Shown piece by piece: positions 1 to 8,571 of a stretch of 57,252 nt of DNA. The notes under the pieces were generated by a model. That model saw only the letters and a program-made list of their open reading frames with translations, was not told where the DNA came from and searched no databases. Source of the stretch: Arcobacter sp. (GTDB lineage: Bacteria; Campylobacterota; Campylobacteria; Campylobacterales; Arcobacteraceae); NCBI GenBank assembly GCA_965662175.1, contig CBFIGT010000005.1:1-57252 (forward strand). Direction: 5' to 3'. Each line of letters starts with the position of its first letter. Position 1 is the stretch's first letter. The position numbers and the translations under genes are program-made.

Positions 1-953
1 ACTCTCTCTAAAACTCTTGCCATAAATGGCTCATAAATTGACTCTTGGATTAATGCTCTTGATGGACAAGTACAAACCTCACCTGAGTTAAATGCAAATA
101 AAACTAAACCTTCAATTGCTTTATCAAAGAACTCATCATCAGCGTCCATAATTGATTCCATGAAGATATTTGGAGATTTTCCACCAAGCTCTAAAGTAGA
201 TGGGATAATATTTTCAGTTGCATATTGCATAATTAACTGACCAGTTGTAGTTTCACCTGTAAATCCAACTTTTTTAACATCTGGATGAGTAGATAAATGT
301 TTACCAATTTTTCCACCTGCACCATTAATAATATTAACAATACCTTTTGGAAGAACATCTTGAATAATTTCCATTAGAATTAAAATAGCCATTGGAGTTG
401 CACTAGCTGGTTTTAAAACAACACAATTTCCAGCAGCAAGTGCAGGAGCTATTTTCCATGCAGCCATTAATAATGGGAAATTCCATGGAATAATTTGAGC
501 AACAACACCTAATGGCTCATAAACCTCTTGAGAAACTGTATTTTCATCTAAATCAGCAACTGTACCAGTTTCAGCACGAATTACTGAAGCAAAATATCTA
601 AAGTGGTCAACAACTAAAGGAATATCAGCATTAAGAGTCTCTCTTACAGCTTTTCCATTATCTAAAGTTTCAGCAACTGCTAATCTTTCTAAATTAGCTT
701 CAATTGCATCTGCAACTTTATTTAACATTGTAGATCTTTCAACTATTGAAGTGTGTTTAAATGATTCAAAAGCTGTCATTGCAGCAGCAACAGCTGCATC
801 AACATCAGCTTCATTTGATCTTGGAATTCTTGTTAAAACAGTTCCATCAACAGGAGAGATATTATCAAAGTATTCACCACTATTTGGAGCAACCCACTCT
901 CCACCTATAAAGTTCTCAAATTGAGATTTGTATGTTGGTTTTGCGTATGCCAT
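1..953 (-). CDS. NAD-dependent aldehyde dehydrogenase, AldB/ExaC/AcoD type (3' end runs off window)
   Basis: Not in ORF track. Manual translation from ATG at 953: MAYAKPTYKSQFENFIGGEW...IIPWNFPLLMAAWK...GFTGETTTG...TLELGGKSP...FNSGEVCTCPSR (catalytic Glu and Cys motifs). AAGGA RBS upstream. Confidence 0.93.
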   Translation of the reverse strand, partial: MAYAKPTYKSQFENFIGGEWVAPNSGEYFDNISPVDGTVLTRIPRSNEADVDAAVAAAMTAFESFKHTSIVERSTMLNKVADAIEANLERLAVAETLDNGKAVRETLNADIPLVVDHFRYFASVIRAETGTVADLDENTVSQEVYEPLGVVAQIIPWNFPLLMAAWKIAPALAAGNCVVLKPASATPMAILILMEIIQDVLPKGIVNIINGAGGKIGKHLSTHPDVKKVGFTGETTTGQLIMQYATENIIPSTLELGGKSPNIFMESIMDADDEFFDKAIEGLVLFAFNSGEVCTCPSRALIQESIYEPFMARVLER

Positions 954-1028
954 TTTATTTCCTTTTATATGTAAAATTTTCTTTTAAAACCTGAAAAATT
1001 TTGATAGTCAAATTTTTTCTGTACTGAA

Positions 1029-1082
1029 ATCTTACACAAGAATTATAGCCTGAATATAGCTCAAATATAGCATGAGTATAGC
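1029..1082 (-). promoter_or_regulatory. Four GCTATA direct repeats (11-bp period) plus -10 TAAGAT upstream of the aldehyde dehydrogenase
   Basis: TATAGC on + at 1044, 1055, 1066 and 1077; -10-like TAAGAT at 1034-1029, 9 nt from the last repeat. Confidence 0.8.
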
Positions 1083-1197
1083 GATAGGTAAAAAGCTCTA
1101 CAAGGCCCATTATATAGGATTAGTAGCATTTACGTAGCATTTAAAATTTATGTTTTTTTTGGTCAAAAAGATTAATATTTTATGCTACAATAATTTC

Positions 1198-3084
1198 ATG
1201 AAAACATTTAATTTTACATATCAAAACAATAGTTTCAAAAATATAATTGACTACTCATTGTTTAAAAATGAAGAGAATATATTAATACAAATATTTAGTG
1301 GACAAGATCATAGTACTTTAGAGTACATTATCTCTTTGCTTAGTAAAAATCTACCCCAAGCTATTATAATTGGTACTACAACTGATGGTGAAATTAAAGA
1401 TAAAAAAGTATCTACTTTAAAAACAGTGGTCTCAATATCTGTTTTTGAAAGCACTTTTATAAAAGCTTCAATAAAAAAAGGTCTTAACTCATTTCAAAAT
1501 GGTTATGATATTGCCCAAGAATTAATTACCTCAAATACCAAACTACTTATAACTTTTACAGATGGAACTTCAACAAATGGAGAAGAGTTCTTAAAAGGTA
1601 TAACAGCTTTTGATAACTCAATTATGGTATGTGGAGGAATGGCTGGAGATAATGGAGTTTTTAAACAAACATATATCTCATTGGGCTCTAAAATAATTGG
1701 CTGTGGAGCTGTTGCTGTTTCTCTTAACTCTGATATTTTACAAGTTAGTAATGATTATAAATATGATTGGTCACCTATTGGAATTGAGCATACTATTGAT
1801 AAGGTAATTGGAAATAGAATTTATGAAATATCAGGTATGAAAGCAATTGAATTTTATGAAAAATATTTAGGAGATAGTGATTCTCATACAGAGTTTCCCC
1901 TAATAGTTCAAAGAAATGGCATGTCAGTTGCCCGTGCTGTTTTAACACGTTATTCTGATGGAAGTTTAGGTTGTGGAGGAAATTTATACAAAGGGGATAA
2001 GGTTAAACTTGGATTTGCAAATGCTGAAATGATTATCAAAAATCCAGTGAAATATTTAAAAAATATTAACAACTATCCAGCTGAAACATTTTTTATTTAT
2101 TCATGTATGGCAAGACGAAGATATATGCAAAATCTTATCAAAGTAGAGATAGAGCCTTTTGCACAAATAGCACCAACAGCTGGTTTTTTTACCTATGCGG
2201 AGTTTTTTCACACAAATAAAAGAAATGAACTTATGAACCAAACTATAACCTTAGTTGGTCTAACAGAAAATCCCCACTCCTCTAAAAAAGTTATTGAAGA
2301 GAGTAGTAATATTGTAAATCACAATGAAAGTTCATATGCAAAAACTATTCAAGCCCTTACAAGTTTAATTCAACAAAGTGCAAAAGATCAAAATGAGCAA
2401 TCAAAAGTATTAGAAGAGCAGATTAAATATTCACAAAATTTACTAAAAAATCAAAAACTATTCCTAAGACACGCTGTTCATGAAACAAATACCCCTCTTT
2501 CAGTTATTATGAGCAATATTGATTTACATGAAATGGAACATGAAAAAAGCGAATATATCTCTAATATAGAGGTTGCTATGAAAAATATCTTCTCTATTTA
2601 TGATGATTTAAGCTATTTGGTTAAAAAAGATCAAGTTGAGTATAAAATTTACTCCATAGATTTAATTGATTTTGTAAGAAATAGAGTCTATTTTTTCAAA
2701 AATGTAGCTAATCAAGTCTCTTCAAAATTTAGTTTTCAAACAAATAATGATGAGATGAGTATAAAATTTAGTGAAACAAAACTTCAAAGAATAGTTGATA
2801 ATACATTAACAAATGCAATAAAATATACTTATAAGGGAAAACCCATCAATGTAAAACTTGAAAAAATTAATAAAACTCTTAAGTTTTCTGTTTCAAGTAA
2901 CTCAAAAAAAATCCAACACCCTGAAAAAATATTTGAAGAGTATTATAGGGAAGAGAAATCAAAAGATGGTTTTGGTCTTGGATTAAACCTAGTAAAAAGA
3001 ATTTGTGATGAAGAGGATGTTCTAATTGAACTTGTTTCAGACTCAAAAAACACATGTTTTACTTATACTTTTAAAGGATGCTGA
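1198..3084 (+). CDS. Soluble FIST-domain sensor histidine kinase
   Basis: FIST-N/FIST-C motifs (IIGTTTDGEI, GGMAGD, YSCMARR, GFFTYAE), H-box HETNTPL, N-box NAIKY, G-box GFGLGL; no transmembrane segment. Start moved from 1150 to ATG 1198, which lies 7 nt after TGcTACAAT. Confidence 0.88.
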   Translation: MKTFNFTYQNNSFKNIIDYSLFKNEENILIQIFSGQDHSTLEYIISLLSKNLPQAIIIGTTTDGEIKDKKVSTLKTVVSISVFESTFIKASIKKGLNSFQNGYDIAQELITSNTKLLITFTDGTSTNGEEFLKGITAFDNSIMVCGGMAGDNGVFKQTYISLGSKIIGCGAVAVSLNSDILQVSNDYKYDWSPIGIEHTIDKVIGNRIYEISGMKAIEFYEKYLGDSDSHTEFPLIVQRNGMSVARAVLTRYSDGSLGCGGNLYKGDKVKLGFANAEMIIKNPVKYLKNINNYPAETFFIYSCMARRRYMQNLIKVEIEPFAQIAPTAGFFTYAEFFHTNKRNELMNQTITLVGLTENPHSSKKVIEESSNIVNHNESSYAKTIQALTSLIQQSAKDQNEQSKVLEEQIKYSQNLLKNQKLFLRHAVHETNTPLSVIMSNIDLHEMEHEKSEYISNIEVAMKNIFSIYDDLSYLVKKDQVEYKIYSIDLIDFVRNRVYFFKNVANQVSSKFSFQTNNDEMSIKFSETKLQRIVDNTLTNAIKYTYKGKPINVKLEKINKTLKFSVSSNSKKIQHPEKIFEEYYREEKSKDGFGLGLNLVKRICDEEDVLIELVSDSKNTCFTYTFKGC

Positions 3085-3743
3085 TGAAAATATTATTATT
3101 AGAAGATGATATTATGTTAAACAAAGCTATTAAACAATACTTAGAATCAACAGGTCATGCTGTTATTTCAGCAATGGATGGAAATTGCTGTTTAGAGATT
3201 TTAAAAGAAGAGAGATTTGATTTACTTGTTTTTGATATAAATGTTCCTGATGTGGATGGTTTAACTATTTTGGAGGATTTGCATAGCCAAAAAAGAATGG
3301 TACCCACTATTTTTATCTCAGCACTTATTGATATTGAAGATATTACACGTGCATTTGATATAGGTTGTCATGATTATTTAAAAAAACCTTTCCATTTAAA
3401 AGAGTTAACACTTAGAATAAACAAGATTTTAAAAACAAGACAAGTACCACAAGAGCATAAAAGATTATCAAAATCATATAGTTATGATGCAAAAAATATG
3501 ATTCTACTTTTTAATAATGAACCTCAAATTTTACCAAAAAGACAAATACAAATTATTGATTTATTAGCTGCAAATAGAAGCTTAGTATGCAATTATGATA
3601 TGTTTAGAGATTATGTTTGGAATGATGATTATATAGATAATGCAACTATTCGAGCTGAAGTGAATAGAGTAAAAAAAGTCTTAAAAGAGGATTTCATCTC
3701 AAATATTAGAGGAATAGGTTATATGGTTGAAAGACCTAACTAA
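3084..3743 (+). CDS. OmpR-family two-component response regulator
   Basis: Receiver motifs LLEDD, FDINVP, KKPF; winged-helix C-terminus ending IRGIGY; start overlaps the kinase stop (TGATG). Confidence 0.92.
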   Translation: MKILLLEDDIMLNKAIKQYLESTGHAVISAMDGNCCLEILKEERFDLLVFDINVPDVDGLTILEDLHSQKRMVPTIFISALIDIEDITRAFDIGCHDYLKKPFHLKELTLRINKILKTRQVPQEHKRLSKSYSYDAKNMILLFNNEPQILPKRQIQIIDLLAANRSLVCNYDMFRDYVWNDDYIDNATIRAEVNRVKKVLKEDFISNIRGIGYMVERPN

Positions 3744-3868
3744 TCTATTTTATAATTTAAACAATAAAAAAGAGTAAAATAAGCACTAACAAACAATTTT
3801 ATAAGCAATAAAAAAGAAGAATAATTAGTAAATATATTCTAGAATTTTAAAAAAATATAGGAAAAAAA

Positions 3869-5320
3869 ATGCCAAAAAAAATTTCAAAAGTTCTAGTTGC
3901 AAATCGAGGTGAAATAGCTCTAAGAATAATTAGAGCTTGCAAAGAGTTAGACATTAAAAGTGTTGCTATTTTCTCTGAAGTTGATGTTGATGGGGTATGG
4001 GTTAGAAAAGCTGATGAGTGCTATCCACTTTTAGGTGACCCAATTCAAGCTTATTTAAATTTTGACAAAATTATTGCTTTAGCAAAAAAAGCCTCTTGTG
4101 ATGCAATTCATCCAGGTTATGGCTTTTTATCTGAAAATGCTGAGTTTGCCAAAGCTTGTGAAAAAGCAGGTATTATTTTTATAGGTCCAAAAGCTGAGCA
4201 TATTGCACTTTTTGGTGATAAAATGGCCTCAAAAGTAGCTATGAAAAAGATTGGTGTTCCAGTTTTAGAGGGGACGGATACTCCTATTTTAGATGTAAAA
4301 GAGGGTGAAAGAATCTCAAAAGAGATTGGTTTTCCAATTATTATCAAAGCTGCCTTTGGTGGAGGTGGTAGAGGTATGAGAATAGTAAAAGAGGAAAAAA
4401 ACTTTAAAGAGATGTTTGAAGCAGCAACTTCTGAAGCTAAAAAATTCTTTGGAAAAGGTGACGCTTTTATTGAAAAATATGTAGAAAACCCAAGACATAT
4501 TGAGATTCAAGTTATTGCTGATAAGTATGGAAATGTTTTACACTTAGGGGAGAGAGATTGCTCTATTCAAAGAAGACATCAAAAAGTAATTGAAATAGCT
4601 CCAAGTCCAAGACTTAATGAAAAAGTTAGACGGGAGTTATATAGGGTTTCTACAAAGGCTATGTTTAAATTAGGTTATGAAAGCGTTGGTACTATTGAGT
4701 TTTTAGTTGATAGTAGTGATAATTTTTATTTTATTGAGATGAATACAAGAGTTCAAGTTGAACATCCCGTAACAGAGATTACCACAGGTATTGATATTAT
4801 TCAAAGAATGATTGAGATAGCTGAGGGTGATAAACTACAATTTTTACAAGAAGAGATAAAATTTAGAGGTTATGCAATTGAGTTTAGAATAAATGCTGAA
4901 GACCCAAAAAAGAAATTTATGCCATCAAGTGGTACTGTAAATAAATATTTAACACCAGGAGGTCCTGGAGTTAGACTTGATACAGCTGTTTATACAGGAT
5001 ATAAAGTTCCTGCAAACTATGATTCTATGATTGGAAAACTTATTGTTTGGGCTCTTGATTGGGATGGCGCTGTTAGAAAAGCTAGACGAGCTTTAGATGA
5101 GTTTTATATAGAGGGACTTCCTACAAATATCCCTTTACATAGGGAAATTGTAAGGGATTTAGATTTTATTGAGGGTAAACTAGATACTAGTTATTTGGAT
5201 AAAAAACTTGAAAAATTTAATCTTGATGCCATTGATCATATTGAAGAAGAAGAGAAAAAGATGAAAAATATTGCTTTAGTGATAGAGCAAATTAAAAAAA
5301 ATAAATTAAACGTAAGATAA
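3869..5320 (+). CDS. Biotin carboxylase subunit (pyruvate carboxylase subunit A / AccC family)
   Basis: ANRGEIA, HPGYGFLSEN, GGGGRGMR, RDCSIQRRHQK, EMNTRVQVEH motifs; 483 aa with C-terminal extension as in PycA-type subunits. Confidence 0.9.
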   Translation: MPKKISKVLVANRGEIALRIIRACKELDIKSVAIFSEVDVDGVWVRKADECYPLLGDPIQAYLNFDKIIALAKKASCDAIHPGYGFLSENAEFAKACEKAGIIFIGPKAEHIALFGDKMASKVAMKKIGVPVLEGTDTPILDVKEGERISKEIGFPIIIKAAFGGGGRGMRIVKEEKNFKEMFEAATSEAKKFFGKGDAFIEKYVENPRHIEIQVIADKYGNVLHLGERDCSIQRRHQKVIEIAPSPRLNEKVRRELYRVSTKAMFKLGYESVGTIEFLVDSSDNFYFIEMNTRVQVEHPVTEITTGIDIIQRMIEIAEGDKLQFLQEEIKFRGYAIEFRINAEDPKKKFMPSSGTVNKYLTPGGPGVRLDTAVYTGYKVPANYDSMIGKLIVWALDWDGAVRKARRALDEFYIEGLPTNIPLHREIVRDLDFIEGKLDTSYLDKKLEKFNLDAIDHIEEEEKKMKNIALVIEQIKKNKLNVR

Positions 5321-5336
5321 TCTCTTACGTTTAATT
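5304..5336. terminator. Hairpin between convergent biotin carboxylase and pqqE
   Basis: Perfect 14-bp inverted repeat AATTAAACGTAAGA-taatc-TCTTACGTTTAATT. Confidence 0.7.
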
Positions 5337-5342
5337 AAATAT

Positions 5343-6446
5343 CTATTTACAATAGTTTAAAGAGTTTTGTCTATTTCTATAAATAGGCTCTTTTGAAAAA
5401 GAGCTCAAAGCTCTTTCTACTTTTTTTGTAACTACACTATGAAAAGATGATTTATCACAAACAGGGTCAGCCTCATTCATATCGCCTGTTAGGGCATAAG
5501 CTTGACATCTACATCCACCAAAATCAGCCTCTTTTTCTGGACAAGTTCGGCAAGGCTCTTTCATCCACTTATCACCCCTAAAAAAGTTAAAAGCTTCACT
5601 ATCATTCCAAATCTCACGTACTGAAAAATCTTTTACATTTGGAAAGTTTAGTGGTAGAGTATTTGCTGTATTGCAAGGAAGTGCTACACCATCAGGATTT
5701 ATAGTTAAAAATGTTGTCCCCCAGCCATTCATACAAGCTTTTGGTCTTGTTGCAAAATAATCAGGCACTACAAAAAACACCTTCATATCATCTCTTTTTT
5801 CCCTATAATAATCAACTTCCTCTTTTGCTTTTATTAACTGCTCTTGCGTAGGAAGTAAGGCATCAATATTTTCTAAAGCCCAACCATAATATTGTATATT
5901 TGCTATCTCTAAATAGTTGGCATCCAAAGAGTTTGCAAACTCAATTATATCCCCTACTTGATGGATATTTTGTCTTGTGATACAAGAGTTAATTATTAGT
6001 TGTAAGCCATTCTCTTTACAAGCTTTTGCAAAGGCGATTTTATCTCTTTGAGCATTTTTATTATTTGTAATTAGTGCTGTTGTAATTGCATCATGTGATT
6101 GAATTCCAAGTTGTACAGTTTTTAATCCTGCCTCTTTTAGTTTTGGAATTATTGATAAATCACAAGCAACACCTGAAGTTATAAGATTTGTATAAAACTT
6201 CAAATCAGCTGCTTTTTTTACTATTTCTACAATATCTTTATTTAAAAGTGGCTCCCCACCTGAAAAACCAAGTTGAACAGCTCCCATGGCACGAGCTTCT
6301 TCCATAACCCTAAACCAATCCTCTTTTGTCATACTATCTTTTGTATTTGCAAAATCAAGTTGATTATAACAATATGAACACTCTAAAGGACACTTATGAG
6401 TTAACTCTAAAAGCATCCATAAAGGTGGTTTGATTTTACTCTCCAT
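5343..6446 (-). CDS. pqqE: PQQ biosynthesis radical SAM/SPASM enzyme PqqE
   Basis: PPLWMLLELTHKCPLECSYC, QYYGWA, RPKACMNGWG, DFGGCRCQA; operon context. Confidence 0.96.
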   Translation of the reverse strand: MESKIKPPLWMLLELTHKCPLECSYCYNQLDFANTKDSMTKEDWFRVMEEARAMGAVQLGFSGGEPLLNKDIVEIVKKAADLKFYTNLITSGVACDLSIIPKLKEAGLKTVQLGIQSHDAITTALITNNKNAQRDKIAFAKACKENGLQLIINSCITRQNIHQVGDIIEFANSLDANYLEIANIQYYGWALENIDALLPTQEQLIKAKEEVDYYREKRDDMKVFFVVPDYFATRPKACMNGWGTTFLTINPDGVALPCNTANTLPLNFPNVKDFSVREIWNDSEAFNFFRGDKWMKEPCRTCPEKEADFGGCRCQAYALTGDMNEADPVCDKSSFHSVVTKKVERALSSFSKEPIYRNRQNSLNYCK

Positions 6447-6705
6447 AAACTACCCACTTTCTATTTAAAGCCTCAATTAAAAATGCCTCAACATCTTTTT
6501 TTAAATCAGCTACTTGAAACTTTTCTTCAAGTATTTTTGCAATATCAAGTGTAGAGTTTTTACCATCACATAAATTCATAATTTCACCAGCACTTTGATT
6601 TAACTGTACCATTCCCTCAGGATATAAAAGTACAAAACACTCCTGTGCTTCTTCGTATTGCAGTTGAAAATGATTATTCACTACAAGTGATTTTTCTAGT
6701 TGCAT
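6436..6705 (-). CDS. pqqD: PQQ biosynthesis peptide chaperone PqqD
   Basis: 89 aa, [24 protein letters not shown]; lies between pqqC and pqqE. Confidence 0.93.
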   Translation of the reverse strand: MQLEKSLVVNNHFQLQYEEAQECFVLLYPEGMVQLNQSAGEIMNLCDGKNSTLDIAKILEEKFQVADLKKDVEAFLIEALNRKWVVYGE

Positions 6706-7447
6706 TACAATCCTTTATATTAAAGTATGGTGGTCTTTTAAGCTCATAAGCCAAATATAAAGCATCACACATAGTCCATAAAATATCAAGTTTAAACTGT
6801 AATATTTCACAAGCTTTATTTTGTAATTCGCATGTATTAAACTCTTCTAAAGTTAAGGCTAAACCATGTTGAACATCTCTTCTTGCTTCACTTAATCTTT
6901 TTTGAAAATATCTTAAGCCATTTGCTTCTATCCAAGGATAGTTTTTTGGCCAAGTATCAAGTCTTTGTTGATGAATTTGAGGTGCAAACATTTCAGTAAG
7001 TGATGACATAGCAGCCTCTTTCCAAGGTCTTTGTTTTGCAAAATTTATATAAGCATCTACTGCAAATTTAACAGCTGGTAAAACATATTTATGAGATATT
7101 AAATCCTCTTTTTTAAGTCCTACTGCAACACCAAGTTCTAACCAAGCTTCAATTCCACCACCTACACTATCATGGTCAATTATTCTATCTATCCATTTTC
7201 TTCTATCTTCAAGGGGTGGATTATTTGACATAATAGCTGCATCTTTTATGGGAATAGCTGTTTGATAATAAAATCTATTTGCAACCCAACCTTGAATCTC
7301 CTCTTTAGAACAAGACCCCTCATACATTCTTATATGAAAAGGATGATGAATATGATACATTTCACCCATAGCTCTTAGTTTGGCTTCAAACTCCTCTTTT
7401 GATAATAAGTTATCCATTCTTTTAGTCATACTATTTTCCTCTTTCAT
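6674..7447 (-). CDS. pqqC: PQQ synthase PqqC
   Basis: [44 protein letters not shown]; true start could be a downstream Met. Confidence 0.96.
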   Translation of the reverse strand: MKEENSMTKRMDNLLSKEEFEAKLRAMGEMYHIHHPFHIRMYEGSCSKEEIQGWVANRFYYQTAIPIKDAAIMSNNPPLEDRRKWIDRIIDHDSVGGGIEAWLELGVAVGLKKEDLISHKYVLPAVKFAVDAYINFAKQRPWKEAAMSSLTEMFAPQIHQQRLDTWPKNYPWIEANGLRYFQKRLSEARRDVQHGLALTLEEFNTCELQNKACEILQFKLDILWTMCDALYLAYELKRPPYFNIKDCNATRKITCSE

Positions 7448-7448
7448 A

Positions 7449-8366
7449 TTAAATTTCTATACTCATACCATCATAAGATATCTCAATCCCATGACTTATA
7501 AGCTCTTTATATTCATCATTCTCTTCATCCAAAATTGGATTTGTATTATTTATATGTATTAATATTTTTCGTGGTTTTTCTAAAGTATCTAAAACTTTTA
7601 TCAAACCATCTTCTCCATTTAAAGGAATATGTCCCATCTCAGTTCCAAGTTTTTTTGAAAAGTTTCCTTTTATCATCTCATCATTTGTCCAAAGAGTTCC
7701 TTCCAATAAAAGGATATCTGCTTTTTTCATCTCTTCTAAAATATGATCTTCTAAAACTCCAAGTCCTGGAAGATAAAACAGTCTTTTACCTGTATTTTTA
7801 TTTACAACTGTAACTCCTATATTATCACCCTTTCTTGGTTTATCTCTATAGGCTGAATATGGAGGTGCATTTGAGATTAGTGAATGGGCATAAAACTCAT
7901 ATGAAGGCATAACAGGTATTTCAAATTTTGTAGTAGAATTTGCAACAATTTCATGCCAAAAAGTTCCTCCACCATCCCAGTGTTTTAACATTTTCATTAA
8001 AGGAAATGATGTATTTAACTCTTCATTTACCTCTTTTGTACAATAAATTTGGTGAGGACATCCCTCTCTTAACATAAGTAAACCCGTTGTGTGGTCAATT
8101 TGAGCATCATTAAAAATGATAGCTTTTATTTTTGTTTCTCTTTTTTTCTTTGGATGTAAAAAGGGTGAATTATGAATTTGTTCTAAAATATCTGGTGAGG
8201 TGTTAAATAAAACCCAATTTTCACCATCTTCACTTATAGTAATAGAACTTTGAGTTCTTCTTTTAATACTTTTTTTACCCTCTCTATAGCCTTTGCAATT
8301 ATCACAATTACAGTTAAACTGAGGAAGTCCACCACCTGCACTTGAACCTAAAACTTCTATTTTCAT
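7449..8366 (-). CDS. pqqB: PQQ biosynthesis protein PqqB
   Basis: [42 protein letters not shown]. Confidence 0.96.
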   Translation of the reverse strand: MKIEVLGSSAGGGLPQFNCNCDNCKGYREGKKSIKRRTQSSITISEDGENWVLFNTSPDILEQIHNSPFLHPKKKRETKIKAIIFNDAQIDHTTGLLMLREGCPHQIYCTKEVNEELNTSFPLMKMLKHWDGGGTFWHEIVANSTTKFEIPVMPSYEFYAHSLISNAPPYSAYRDKPRKGDNIGVTVVNKNTGKRLFYLPGLGVLEDHILEEMKKADILLLEGTLWTNDEMIKGNFSKKLGTEMGHIPLNGEDGLIKVLDTLEKPRKILIHINNTNPILDEENDEYKELISHGIEISYDGMSIEI

Positions 8367-8415
8367 AAAAAAACCTTCATATTTTTTTAATTGAATCTAA
8401 AATATAGACTCAAGT

Positions 8416-8447
8416 AAAAAAATAGAGCTAGAAAAAATCTAGCTCTA
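8416..8447 (-). terminator. Stem-loop with U-tract between pqqA and pqqB
   Basis: TAGAGCTAGA-aaaaa-TCTAGCTCTA (8423-8447) followed on the minus strand by a T7 run; a hairpin after pqqA is common in pqq operons. Confidence 0.75.
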
Positions 8448-8460
8448 ATATTTTTAAATC

Positions 8461-8535
8461 TTATTCGTGACAAATATACATTGTAACTTCGAATCCAAAT
8501 CTATTATCTACGAACATTGGTGTTTCCCATTTCAT
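8461..8535 (-). CDS. pqqA: PQQ precursor peptide PqqA (24 aa)
   Basis: Not in ORF track. MKWETPMFVDNRFGFEVTMYICHE* with the E-x3-Y (EVTMY) core; strong AAGGAGG RBS; directly upstream of pqqB. Confidence 0.97.
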   Translation of the reverse strand: MKWETPMFVDNRFGFEVTMYICHE

Positions 8536-8571
8536 CTCTTTGCCCTCCTTTTTTAAATTTTTCGGGTGTTA

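Noticed and set aside
6674..6705. PqqC-PqqD fusion or programmed frameshift
   Set aside because: Both ORFs are intact, and pqqD has its own ATG with an AAGGA RBS; a 32-nt overlap is ordinary.
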